A DNA stretch of 62,013 nucleotides from Deltaproteobacteria bacterium (GCA_021372815.1 JAJFTS010000149.1:1-62013), one strand, 5' to 3'; numbered from the stretch's first letter, positions 8,570 through 17,721 are shown. A program made the numbers and translations. Notes: generated by a model not told the origin, from the letters alone.

Positions 8570-9295
8570 TTACCACACCAGATCGCTCGCGGATTTCTTC
8601 ACCTTGTTGATTGTCACTTCCGCGATTTTGCCGTTGCTTAGATGAATAACGCGGTCGGCCATGCCGGCAATGTCCACGTTATGGGTGATGATGGCCGTCG
8701 CCGTGCCCAATTCGCGGTTGATGCGCTCCAGAGCCTCCAGAACCACTATGCCGGTTTTGGAATCGAGTGCGCCGGTCGGTTCGTCGCAGAGGAGCACTGC
8801 CGGTTTCTTGGAAATAGCGCGCGCGATGGCCACGCGCTGCTGTTCGCCGCCGGAAAGCTGGGCGGGGAAATGATTCAACCGGTCGCTTAATCCGACAAGC
8901 TCCAGAGCCGCCTCCGGAGCCATGGGTTTTTCGGCAATTTCCGTCACGACCGAAACATTTTCCCGGGCGGTCAAACTGGAAATCAGATTGTAGAATTGAA
9001 AAACAAATCCGACATAGAAACGGCGGTAATCCGTCAGTTCTTTTTCCGTGGCTCTGGTCAAGTCTTTGCCCCGGTAGGAGACAAATCCGCCGGTTGCCGT
9101 GTCCAGACCGCCCATGATATTCAGCAGCGTGGATTTGCCGCTTCCCGAAGGCCCAAGCAGAACAACCAGTTCCCCGGCGTAGAGTTCCATGTTGACGCCG
9201 CGCAGGGCGTGAACCTCAACTTCTCCCATCTTATAAATTTTCGTGAGATCACAAACCTGAAAAAAATTTTCTTTCTGCTGATTCATCGGCTTCAC
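8570..9295 (-). CDS. ABC transporter ATP-binding protein (MacB/LolD-type)
   Basis: Walker [10 protein letters not shown], signature LSGGEQQR, Walker [12 protein letters not shown]. Confidence 0.92.
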   Translation of the reverse strand: MKPMNQQKENFFQVCDLTKIYKMGEVEVHALRGVNMELYAGELVVLLGPSGSGKSTLLNIMGGLDTATGGFVSYRGKDLTRATEKELTDYRRFYVGFVFQFYNLISSLTARENVSVVTEIAEKPMAPEAALELVGLSDRLNHFPAQLSGGEQQRVAIARAISKKPAVLLCDEPTGALDSKTGIVVLEALERINRELGTATAIITHNVDIAGMADRVIHLSNGKIAEVTINKVKKSASDLVW

Positions 9296-9349
9296 CGTCT
9301 GTCTTTATCCGGTGCGGGTCAAGTTATAAAATGAGGTTCTGTATATTAA

Positions 9350-10153
9350 TCAATAGGTGTAGCTAATGGCGGCGCCGGCGGAAAATCTGTCCGCATATTG
9401 CCCTTCAATATTCAGACGGAATCCTTTGGCAAGAGGAATATCCGCTCCCGCGAATCCTCCGGCAGTCGATTTGTTTTCGACGGAAACATTTCCGGCCGCG
9501 TATTCCAGACCGGGAACAGCCGCAGACAAAGACATCTTCGCTTCCGAATAATAGAGATAGGGACCGGCATACAGTCTCATGCCGCAGGACAGTGTGGCCT
9601 GCAGGCCAACACCGAAATTCACATCCCAGAGATTTTTCACTTTCAGATCGGCGACAAAAGGAACGCCGCCACTGATTCCGGAGACATTGTCCGTGAAATT
9701 GCTGAAATAATAAGTCCCCTGCACAAAAGCGCCCATGCCGAATGTTTCATTGAACGGATAAAATATCTTGGCGCCCAGGGTACCGGAAAATTTCCAGTTT
9801 TCTTCAAAATCATCTTTGCCGGTCGCGGTGGAGGGGTCTGCGGAGCTGAAAACGTCGAATATTTTCAAGTCCGATACGCCGAGACGCGCGTATATTTCCC
9901 AGATGTTTCCGGCGCCGTAGGCCGCCTGAGAATAAATCATGTTTTGTCTGATTTTATGATCCGCGCCGTTTTGGCAGGTATCTTCATGATACCAGTAACC
10001 GACGGCGGTGTTGATTCCACCCGCTTCCTTCGAAACGGTTTGCGGCGCACCGAACAGCCCCGCCGCCGCGACTATCCGCGGACAAACGGCAAAAATCAAC
10101 AAAAGCACCAGCGTGATAAGCAGAAAATTTTTTGCGAAAATTTCTTTCTTCAT
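9350..10153 (-). CDS. Outer-membrane beta-barrel protein (porin-family/OmpW-like size)
   Basis: Signal peptide, alternating amphipathic beta-strand pattern, aromatic C-terminus (ISYTY). Its start abuts the mlaA stop (10153/10154). Confidence 0.6.
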   Translation of the reverse strand: MKKEIFAKNFLLITLVLLLIFAVCPRIVAAAGLFGAPQTVSKEAGGINTAVGYWYHEDTCQNGADHKIRQNMIYSQAAYGAGNIWEIYARLGVSDLKIFDVFSSADPSTATGKDDFEENWKFSGTLGAKIFYPFNETFGMGAFVQGTYYFSNFTDNVSGISGGVPFVADLKVKNLWDVNFGVGLQATLSCGMRLYAGPYLYYSEAKMSLSAAVPGLEYAAGNVSVENKSTAGGFAGADIPLAKGFRLNIEGQYADRFSAGAAISYTY

Positions 10154-11203
10154 TTAATTTTCCTTCTTCGGCACGGCCGGCTCACGCTCCGGTGATTGCG
10201 CTTCCTCGGATGCGGACTTCATCATCTTCGCTTTTCTTGCCTTCACCGCCTTCAGACGGTATTGAATGTAGGCGTCGCGAAAAGCCACGTAGGGATCAAC
10301 AGCCGCGTTTTTCAGGGACTCATAATCGCCGATTCTCAACGATGTGGCATTAACTTCCTGCCAAACCCTCACACCCAGCCAGTCGTACCACGGATCAATG
10401 TACGAGACGGGATACAGAAAATAATCTCCGGCAATGCTGACAGAGTCGCGCGGACTGGAAGGCCCCAGCACCGGCCAGACAATATAAAAGCCCTGCCCGA
10501 TGCCCCAGACGCCCAGGGTCTGCCCCAGATCGGTATCCTGCATTTGCAGATCCAGCTCCTTGCCGGAAGAAGGATCCAGCAGTCCCCCGATGCCCCAGAC
10601 GGTATTGACCGTAAAACGTCCGGCTTCCGTGGCCGCGCCGCTGAAATCGGCCTGCAGCAGGCAACTGAGGAAACGGGCGGGAAATCCCAGGTTGGAAAAG
10701 AAATTTTTTACGCTGATCCGGGCGGGTTCGGGAACGACTGCTTTGTAGCCCTGGGCGACAGGTTTGAGCGCCCAGAAATAAAGCTTGTCGTTGAACTGAT
10801 GCATGGCCCGGTTTACGGGTTCCAGAGGGTCGGCAATTTCCGCTTTCTCTTCCCCAACAGCCTTGCCGGTATCATTGTCCGAAACTTCATCTTCCTTGTA
10901 TTCTTCTTCCAGGGGATTTGCCGCGTCGGCTGCGGTTTGTACCGGAACATGAGCGGATGACGAAGCAAGTTCAACCGGCCCGGACGAAGACGCGGACAGA
11001 GCACCACCGGTGACGCCGGCGCTATGCGCGTACCCCGCCGTCAGAAAGATAAACAACACAATCACGGGTATGGACCCCAAAGCTTGCTTTGGGGTATTAT
11101 ACCCTCCGCTGTGCGGGATTGTTCGACTTACAAATTTCAATGCACGTCGTTTTTGAAATTTGAGTCTCACAATAATTTTAATGTAAAATTTCATATAGCC
11201 CAA
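10154..11203 (-). CDS. mlaA: MlaA/VacJ family lipid-transport outer-membrane protein (start codon uncertain)
   Basis: DPLEPVNRAMHQFNDKLYFWALKPVAQGYKAVVPEPARISVKNFFSNLGFP...TVWGIGGLLDP is a typical MlaA core. The first ~35 codons of the tracked ORF are made of a dispersed hairpin repeat. Alternative in-frame starts: ATG 11194, GTG 11170, TTG near 11087. Confidence 0.8.
   Translation of the reverse strand: MGYMKFYIKIIVRLKFQKRRALKFVSRTIPHSGGYNTPKQALGSIPVIVLFIFLTAGYAHSAGVTGGALSASSSGPVELASSSAHVPVQTAADAANPLEEEYKEDEVSDNDTGKAVGEEKAEIADPLEPVNRAMHQFNDKLYFWALKPVAQGYKAVVPEPARISVKNFFSNLGFPARFLSCLLQADFSGAATEAGRFTVNTVWGIGGLLDPSSGKELDLQMQDTDLGQTLGVWGIGQGFYIVWPVLGPSSPRDSVSIAGDYFLYPVSYIDPWYDWLGVRVWQEVNATSLRIGDYESLKNAAVDPYVAFRDAYIQYRLKAVKARKAKMMKSASEEAQSPEREPAVPKKEN
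11075..11094. repeat. 20-nt palindrome CCCCAAAGCTTGCTTTGGGG
   Basis: Two 9-nt arms are exact reverse complements around a central TT. Lies inside the mlaA 5-prime region. Confidence 0.7.
11115..11170 (-). repeat. Dispersed hairpin element E, copy A
   Basis: Minus strand reads GTGAGACTCAAATTTCAA-aaacgacgtgca-TTGAAATTTGTAAGTCGAACAATCCC, with a 10-bp perfect stem. Related copies at 19730, 19848 and 44077. Confidence 0.8.
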
Positions 11204-11235
11204 AATAGATTTCTCAAGCCCATCGCTCGCGGTGC

Positions 11236-11244
11236 ATTATACCA
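11236..11244 (-). promoter_or_regulatory. Extended -10 box TGGTATAAT in the mlaC-mlaA spacer
   Basis: Minus strand reads GTGGTATAAT, a perfect TGnTATAAT. No clear -35. Confidence 0.4.
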
Positions 11245-11281
11245 CTTTTGAGTAAGCGAAAAATATGAAATAATGTTTACG

Positions 11282-11875
11282 TTATTGCGCCTTAACCTTT
11301 TTTCGCAGGATCTCCAGCAACTGATCGGGAGTATTCTTGGCCAGGATGTCGCTGAACTGCGTGCGGTAATTCTGAACCAGACTCACATTTTCCACGACAA
11401 CATCATATACTTTCCATTTGCCGTCTTTTAAAATCATCCGGTAAAAAATGGGAATTTCTTTGGAAGAGGTGATGATTTTCGACTGAATTTCCGCCTGATT
11501 GCCGGAAAGCATGTTTTCTTGATAGAAATTAACTTTTTCGTTGGAATAGTCCAGAATTTTATCGATGTATGCCTTTTCCAGAATCTGCTCAAAAAGCTTC
11601 ACAAATTCCGCTCGCTGAGCGGGATTGAAATTGTTCCAGTTGCGCGCCAGGGTGCGTTTGGAAAATTCCACTTCATCGAACATGTCCTTATAGATAACCC
11701 GGAGCTTTTCTTTCTTGATCTCCTTGGCTGCCGGACTTTTCAGCTTGGGATCCTTCAGCACGTCCAATACTCTCCTGACGGAAGCCTCCGCCGTGGTCAT
11801 CGGCACTCCGGCATAGGCCGGAACGGATAATATAAAAATGATCAATAGGCCCCATAATACAATTTGTTTTTTCAT
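11282..11875 (-). CDS. mlaC: MlaC/Ttg2D family phospholipid-binding periplasmic protein
   Basis: Signal peptide, about 200 aa. FSKRTLARNWNNFNPAQRAEFVKLFEQILEKAYIDKI is the typical Tgt2/MlaC motif region. Confidence 0.8.
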   Translation of the reverse strand: MKKQIVLWGLLIIFILSVPAYAGVPMTTAEASVRRVLDVLKDPKLKSPAAKEIKKEKLRVIYKDMFDEVEFSKRTLARNWNNFNPAQRAEFVKLFEQILEKAYIDKILDYSNEKVNFYQENMLSGNQAEIQSKIITSSKEIPIFYRMILKDGKWKVYDVVVENVSLVQNYRTQFSDILAKNTPDQLLEILRKKVKAQ

Positions 11876-11897
11876 TCCTTAAACCTCCAACCTGTTC

Positions 11898-12389
11898 CTA
11901 TTCTTTTACCTTTTCTGTTCCTGTATTTTTTCCCTCGTCTTTTTTCACTTCGCCGAAGGCATATTTGCTGATGATCTGCTCGATATCCACCGCCGCCTGC
12001 GTATCGGTGATCACTCCTTTATTGGCCAGCAGGTTGCCGCCGCCGCCCGGATCGATACTGAGATATTTATCGCCGATCAGTCCTTCCGTTTTAATGGAGG
12101 CGATGGCGTCATCATAGATTTTAATACCGTTGTTGATTTTCATTTCCACAACCGCTTTCAGGTTGTCCTGGTCTATGGCAATTTTTTCCACGCGTCCGAC
12201 CTCAATACCTAATATATTCACCGGACTGCCGATTCTCAAGCCGGCAACGGTCGTAAAATTTGCAATGAGCGTATAGGATTTATCCCCCAGAAAATCAACC
12301 TTGCCCAGTTTCACAGTCATATATCCGACGCAGATCAGACCCAGAATGACAAAGATACCGACGATTGTCTCCATGTTGTATTTTTTCAT
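11898..12389 (-). CDS. mlaD: MlaD (MCE-domain) protein
   Basis: N-terminal TM segment followed by an MCE domain (GLRIGSPVNILGIEVGRVEKI). Confidence 0.85.
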   Translation of the reverse strand: MKKYNMETIVGIFVILGLICVGYMTVKLGKVDFLGDKSYTLIANFTTVAGLRIGSPVNILGIEVGRVEKIAIDQDNLKAVVEMKINNGIKIYDDAIASIKTEGLIGDKYLSIDPGGGGNLLANKGVITDTQAAVDIEQIISKYAFGEVKKDEGKNTGTEKVKE

Positions 12390-13634
12390 TTATTCACTCC
12401 CCGCGGCACAACTTAGCCGCCCGATTTCTTTTTGTTGAGATTTGGCTAAAGTGACAACAGAATCTATATCGGTTGTTGACCGACCCTGGGCAATGCCGGC
12501 CATAATCATCAATTCGACCGGCCCCCCCGGGGACAATTTGCAGGCGCTCTCCTGGATGCTCTGCAGAATCTGTTTTTGAAAATCATGAACAAAATTTTTC
12601 ATGATGCTTTCCGTTTCGGATAAATTTGAATAGGGAAGCATCGTAATAATCTCATTGGTATTCCGGCGGGTGGAAAAGCCGCCGATGGCGCCGAAATGTT
12701 TATCAATATATAATCCCATGCCCCGAATAGCCTCCTGCGCCGCATCATGTCCGACACTGCTGGCAATTCCGTTGAGTCCCTGCAGGCTGAAAACCACCAG
12801 GCAGTAAGATTCCTCCTCCGGTCTCCTTTTCATTTGAAGGTGATTGAGCATTTCGAACTGGCGTTTGGAATAAAGGCCGGTCAGTTCTTTTTGCAGCACT
12901 TCTAAACTGTGGATGACTTCCTCTTTGAACGGATGATCGAAATTCTCCATTTCTTCCGGCGTTCCCTGAAATACAATCTGATGATTATAAAGAGAAAGAA
13001 TCCGGTTGGAGATAAAATAGACATCCGGGATTTCATGGCTGACGAGGATGGCTGTAAAGTTAAATTTTTTCTGATACTGGGCTATCATGCTTAAAATAGC
13101 ATTTTTCCGTACGGGATCCTGACCGGTTGTCGGTTCGTCAAACAAAACGATCTTGGGATCGGTAATCAGGGCGCGCGCCAGCGCGGCTCTTTTCTGCATG
13201 CCTCCGGAAAGTTCCGAAGGGTACCGGTGTGCCGACTCGGTCAGTTCCGTCTGCTCGATTCTGGCCATCACCCGGCGATCAATTTCCGCTTTCTTCAAAT
13301 TGGTGGATTCCCGGAGCGGCAGCGCGATATTTTCGTAAACGGTCATGGAATCAAACAAAGCATTCCCCTGAAACATGTAGCTTATCTGAGCGAAAGCCGC
13401 GGTAATTTCGGACTTGGTCATGGAAGAAATCGGTTTGCCGCGAAACAGAATAGCCCCTTCGTCGGGCTTCATCAATCCGATGATATGTTTGAGCATGACG
13501 CTTTTACCCGAACCGGAAAGGCCGATAATTGTGGTAACTTCTCCTTCGTAGATCTGCAAATTAACACGGTCCAGCACGGTTCGTCGGCCGAAGCGCTTGG
13601 TAACATCTTTGAATTCAATAAGTGGCGTTTCCAT
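12390..13634 (-). CDS. mlaF: MlaF-type ABC ATPase fused to a C-terminal degenerate GGDEF-like domain
   Basis: N-terminal 250 aa carry Walker A GLSGSGKS, signature LSGGMQKR and Walker B VLFDEPTTGQD. The C-terminal ~165 aa align to GGDEF landmarks: LTGLYSKRQF; VVFSLQGLNGIASSVGHDAAQEAIRGM; RRNTNEIITMLP in place of R.GGDEF. Confidence 0.8.
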   Translation of the reverse strand: METPLIEFKDVTKRFGRRTVLDRVNLQIYEGEVTTIIGLSGSGKSVMLKHIIGLMKPDEGAILFRGKPISSMTKSEITAAFAQISYMFQGNALFDSMTVYENIALPLRESTNLKKAEIDRRVMARIEQTELTESAHRYPSELSGGMQKRAALARALITDPKIVLFDEPTTGQDPVRKNAILSMIAQYQKKFNFTAILVSHEIPDVYFISNRILSLYNHQIVFQGTPEEMENFDHPFKEEVIHSLEVLQKELTGLYSKRQFEMLNHLQMKRRPEEESYCLVVFSLQGLNGIASSVGHDAAQEAIRGMGLYIDKHFGAIGGFSTRRNTNEIITMLPYSNLSETESIMKNFVHDFQKQILQSIQESACKLSPGGPVELMIMAGIAQGRSTTDIDSVVTLAKSQQKEIGRLSCAAGSE

Positions 13635-13642
13635 GAATTTCT

Positions 13643-14491
13643 CTACATTAGCAGTGAAGTTACGACATAATCCGAAACCAGGATCAGCACGCAGGACGTC
13701 ACCACAGCCGACGTCGTGGCCAGGCCGACAGCCTGGGCGCCGTGACTATCCCTGCGCATGTGCGCAAAATAACCCTGGTAACAACAAACAGTGGAAACAA
13801 TCACCGCAAAAACAATCGCTTTCACAATGCCATTGGTGATATCGCTCATGACGACATAGGCCTGAACGCTGTGCGAATAGACGCCGGGATTCAAACCCAA
13901 CAGCAGAACTCCCGAAATATAGCCGCCCGCAATGCCGATCAGGTCAAACATCGCCGTTAACAAAGGAAAACTGATGATGGCGGCGGTAATTTTGGGGCTC
14001 ACCAGGTATCGCAGCGGATTGATCTGCATGGTATGCAACGCGTCGATCTGTTCGCTGATGCGTTGAATACCGATTTCCGCCGTTATGGCCGAACCGGCCC
14101 GCGCCGTAATCATGATGGCGGTGAGCACCGGGCCCAGTTCCATGATCAGCGAAAGAGACACCAGCGAACCCACCGCGCCCTGCGCCCCGAATTGAACCAG
14201 AGCGTGATAGGATTGCAGACCAAGCACCATGCCGGTAAACAAGCTCACCAGCATGATAATGGTCATCGACCTTGCTCCGATATAATAAACCTGCTTCACA
14301 ACCTTGGAGAACTGTTTGGCCCGTAAGGCATTCCCCAGCGCCATGATCAGGAAAATCGTTGCCTTTCCTAAAACATTCACCCAACGGACAACCGTTTCCC
14401 CGACAAAGGCGAAAGGCCTGGTCAGGAGCGTACCCGAACCGGATTCATCGTCGGCTTGCGAACCGTGTTGATTGTTTTCGTTCTGAGCCAT
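13643..14491 (-). CDS. mlaE: MlaE ABC permease
   Basis: Multi-TM protein of MlaE/Ttg2B type (RSMTIIMLVSLFTGMVLGLQS...LHTMQINPLRYLVSPK). Confidence 0.9.
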   Translation of the reverse strand: MAQNENNQHGSQADDESGSGTLLTRPFAFVGETVVRWVNVLGKATIFLIMALGNALRAKQFSKVVKQVYYIGARSMTIIMLVSLFTGMVLGLQSYHALVQFGAQGAVGSLVSLSLIMELGPVLTAIMITARAGSAITAEIGIQRISEQIDALHTMQINPLRYLVSPKITAAIISFPLLTAMFDLIGIAGGYISGVLLLGLNPGVYSHSVQAYVVMSDITNGIVKAIVFAVIVSTVCCYQGYFAHMRRDSHGAQAVGLATTSAVVTSCVLILVSDYVVTSLLM

Positions 14492-14573
14492 GAACAGACT
14501 GCCCCTTGTTGATTGTTCTTAGAATACTTCGATGGGAAAGTTTACATATTTATTGAATTTCGTCAATTATTTC

Positions 14574-15458
14574 CTAAAAGACTTCCGCTAAAAATTCTTT
14601 TATGATTTCAGCTATTTCTTTCGGTTTCTGCATGGGAATCAGGTGTCCGGCATCCGGAACCGACCTGTATCTGCCGTCGGCCAGTAAAGAAACCGCTTTT
14701 TTTAAATCGATAAATTCTTTATTGGAACTTTTTTCCCCTTCCAGAATAAGAACCGGACAGGTTAATTTTTTAAGCAGAGGCCAGGGATTGGTGCTGTTGC
14801 CGCCCATAAACAACGCGGCTTCATTCCGCGGAGAACAGGTAAGCTTCAAATCGCCTGTCTGTTGTTTTTCCATCCCGTATTTGAGGTAAAACTCCAGCAT
14901 TTGCTCATCCCACCCGGCAAACAGCGATTTCGACTTCAGATACTCCAGGGCGGATTTTTCATCCTTCCATCTGTCTTTTCTTTTGATCGACTGCGAAGCC
15001 AGGGGATGATCTTTGAGCTTCATATCGATGGAATAAATTTCTTCCGGCAGAAAAATGGGCTCGATCAGAATCATGGCGCGCGGCTGCATGCCGAACAGGG
15101 CCGAGGCAATCGTCAGCACCGTAGCGCCCATGGAATGCCCGACGGCCAGATGATCGGTGATGTTTTGTGAAACACTGAGGCTGATGATATCTCTGGCGAT
15201 CACATCCCAGCCGAGACCGCTTTCCGGATCGCAATCGCGGTAATTGCAGATATACGGCACCCAGGCTTCGTGATGCGGCGCCAGATTTTCTATGATCGGA
15301 TGCCACAGCCAGGGCAGAAAACCGGTGGCATGAACGAACAGAATCTGCGGAGGTTCGCCTTCATAATAAAGATAAGGCAATTCCGCGCCGCCGACATCCT
15401 GAATTTTCAGCGGTGGAATTTCTCTTGTACCGGCATCCTGGCTGACTTTTCGCGACAT
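14574..15458 (-). CDS. Alpha/beta hydrolase
   Basis: HATGF oxyanion region, nucleophile elbow GHSMGA, C-terminal AGHLIP histidine motif. Confidence 0.8.
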   Translation of the reverse strand: MSRKVSQDAGTREIPPLKIQDVGGAELPYLYYEGEPPQILFVHATGFLPWLWHPIIENLAPHHEAWVPYICNYRDCDPESGLGWDVIARDIISLSVSQNITDHLAVGHSMGATVLTIASALFGMQPRAMILIEPIFLPEEIYSIDMKLKDHPLASQSIKRKDRWKDEKSALEYLKSKSLFAGWDEQMLEFYLKYGMEKQQTGDLKLTCSPRNEAALFMGGNSTNPWPLLKKLTCPVLILEGEKSSNKEFIDLKKAVSLLADGRYRSVPDAGHLIPMQKPKEIAEIIKEFLAEVF

Positions 15459-15470
15459 AAGGTAAAAGTA

Positions 15471-15502
15471 ATATCCGGCAGTACATTTTGCCTGCCGGAT
15501 AT
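15471..15502 (-). terminator. Hairpin terminator after pdaD
   Basis: ATATCCGGCAG (15471-15481) pairs with CTGCCGGATAT (15492-15502). The minus strand continues TACTTTT. Confidence 0.5.
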
Positions 15503-15537
15503 TTGATATCTATTATCTTTTAAGGCAAAAAATTCTT

Positions 15538-16086
15538 TTAAAAAATAAACACCGCCACGGCAATGACCGTGGTGAATTTATTATCTTTGCAAATGGTGGA
15601 TTGGGTAACGTTAAGCGTCCGGACTATCTTACCGCTGATTTTAAAAATTTCTTTTTTCTCATCCCAGCTCTCATCGACATCGAAATCAATGCCCAGAGTG
15701 GAGGCCAGCATGGCCGCGGCCAGATCTTCCGCGTAATCGCCGGCCTGTTTCTCGTTCTGGCCGTAGGCGTGATGTTCGCTGATGTAACCGTATGAAGATT
15801 TATCGGCGGGAATGGCGCAGCCGACGGAGGCCGCCATGAGTCTTTTGGGTTCGTTGGTGCAGCAGCGGCTCATAACACAGTAGGTAATGGCACCGGGCGT
15901 CAACTGTTTCAGGCCCTGTGTTTTGGAAATCATTTTGCAGCGCGGCGGAAATATGCTGGAAACCTGCACCAGATTGCATTTCTCTATTCCGGCATCACGT
16001 AAGGCACGCTCAAAGGAATGCAATTCATCTTTGTGCGTGCCCACTCCTTTTGTAAAAAAAATCTTCTTGGGCACAAAACTTTCCAT
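15538..16086 (-). CDS. pdaD: Pyruvoyl-dependent arginine decarboxylase
   Basis: [44 protein letters not shown] includes the self-cleavage Ser-Ser site typical of PdaD. Confidence 0.85.
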   Translation of the reverse strand: MESFVPKKIFFTKGVGTHKDELHSFERALRDAGIEKCNLVQVSSIFPPRCKMISKTQGLKQLTPGAITYCVMSRCCTNEPKRLMAASVGCAIPADKSSYGYISEHHAYGQNEKQAGDYAEDLAAAMLASTLGIDFDVDESWDEKKEIFKISGKIVRTLNVTQSTICKDNKFTTVIAVAVFIF

Positions 16087-16298
16087 TTTTTAACTCCTTA
16101 ATTACTTCCCGTGAAAGGAACTATATTTTGATCAGCTTTTCGCTCTCAGGCGGAAAACAATTTTGCTGCTTATATCAGGGTTCAATTCCATATTCCACAA
16201 AATTATTTATCAATATCCGGAAAATATCCGGCCGTTTGATCTTGCTCAAAACTGAAAAAAAGACTATAGAAATCCGTAACAATAAATCAAGGCATTTT

Positions 16299-17720
16299 AT
16301 GAAGATAAAATTTTCTTATTTCATTGTATTATTACTTTTCATTTCCTGTTGTCCGAATACGCCGGAACTGATCAAGGACGAAGCCGAATTGCCTCAGAAT
16401 CACACCTCCTACGTAACCGAGGTCGTGAAAGAAGATTTCATTCTTGCCCGGGAAGATCAGGCAAGAATGAATGAAGACTACAATAAAACTTACTTTTCCG
16501 TTTGGCATAATCTCCAGCCGGTTCATTCCTCACCCGAAAAATTATCCTGGATTTTTAATAAATTCACACTGAGCCCCGGTTACGGTGAAAACAAGAAAAA
16601 ACATACCGCGGCCTGGTTAAAAAAACTTCAGCAAAGCGCTTCCGTGGAAAATTACCCCAATACGCTGAAGCCCGCGATTACAACCAGAAGCACCAATCTG
16701 CGGATGCTGCCCACAAACAGTCCCCATTTCTACAGTCGCGAGGGAAATGCCTCCGGCTGGCCTTTTGACAATCTGCAAATATCCTCCGTAGCCGCCAACA
16801 CACCCATTCTCATCTGTCACCTCAGCGCCGATAAATCATGGGCACTGGTGGAAACCAGTTTCGCCTTTGGCTGGCTGCCGGTGGAAGATTACGCGCTTGT
16901 TGATGAAGATTTCATCAAAACGTGGGAATCGGGCCGTTATGCGGTTATCGTCAAGGATAAAACTTCTATTTTTGATGTTGAAGGAAATTTCAGTCTGCGA
17001 ACATCGATCGGACAGATTTTTCCTTTAATCGGTGCGGAGGCGGACAAAAGGGAAATCCTCATCGCCTCGGCCGATAAAAACAACCGGGCGATCATCAAAC
17101 ATGGTTTCGTCTCACCTCAAATTATCGTTTCCCAGCCGCTGACCTTTACCTACGCCAATGCGGTAAAAATCGCCAATGAACTGATCGACGAACCGTACGG
17201 CTGGGGCGGTCTTTACGGCAATCGCGATTGTTCCGCGATGACCCGGGATTTTTTTGCTCCTTTCGGTATCTGGCTGCCCCGACATTCCGAAGATCAGGCC
17301 AAAAAAGTCGGAACCTATATCGATCTGGAAAATCTGGAACCGGAACAAAAAGAAAAAATCATTCTGGAGCAGGGAATCCCTTACTTAAGTTTGCTCTGGC
17401 GCAAAGGCCATGTCATGCTCTACATCGGCGCCAAAGACAATAAAGCGCTTATTTTTCATAATGTCTGGGGTTTGAAAACAGTGGACCTGTGCGGCCGGGA
17501 AGAAAGAAAAATCATCGGCAAGGCTGTGATCACGACTTTATGCCCCGGCGCCGAATTACCCTGTCTTGACCCGGAAGGATCGCTGCTGAAAAATATTTCG
17601 GCGATGACTATTCTTGGACCGGTCAAACAAAACCGACAAATACAGCCCGATGGCGCAATCTCGCAAGCCGTGCCCGAAAATAGCGGTCTCAGAAACAGAT
17701 CAGTATACCTTTATAATTAA
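16299..17720 (+). CDS. NlpC/P60 family peptidoglycan hydrolase with N-terminal and SH3-like domains (lipoprotein)
   Basis: Start re-picked at MKIKFSYFIVLLLFISCC (lipobox). Catalytic region YGWGGLYGNRDCSAMTRDFFAPFGIWLPRHSEDQ. Confidence 0.8.
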   Translation: MKIKFSYFIVLLLFISCCPNTPELIKDEAELPQNHTSYVTEVVKEDFILAREDQARMNEDYNKTYFSVWHNLQPVHSSPEKLSWIFNKFTLSPGYGENKKKHTAAWLKKLQQSASVENYPNTLKPAITTRSTNLRMLPTNSPHFYSREGNASGWPFDNLQISSVAANTPILICHLSADKSWALVETSFAFGWLPVEDYALVDEDFIKTWESGRYAVIVKDKTSIFDVEGNFSLRTSIGQIFPLIGAEADKREILIASADKNNRAIIKHGFVSPQIIVSQPLTFTYANAVKIANELIDEPYGWGGLYGNRDCSAMTRDFFAPFGIWLPRHSEDQAKKVGTYIDLENLEPEQKEKIILEQGIPYLSLLWRKGHVMLYIGAKDNKALIFHNVWGLKTVDLCGREERKIIGKAVITTLCPGAELPCLDPEGSLLKNISAMTILGPVKQNRQIQPDGAISQAVPENSGLRNRSVYLYN

Positions 17721-17721
17721 T

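Noticed and set aside
8305-8641. Tracked small ORFs 8305-8490, 8394-8576 and 8438-8641
   Set aside because: They are composed entirely of the repeat block and heptad array, so their peptide sequences are translation artefacts of palindromic repeats.
9398-10960. Two long plus-strand ORFs (265 and 254 aa)
   Set aside because: They are antisense to the OM barrel and mlaA genes, whose products carry recognisable signal peptides and motifs. The antisense products are Arg/Gly-rich with no motifs.
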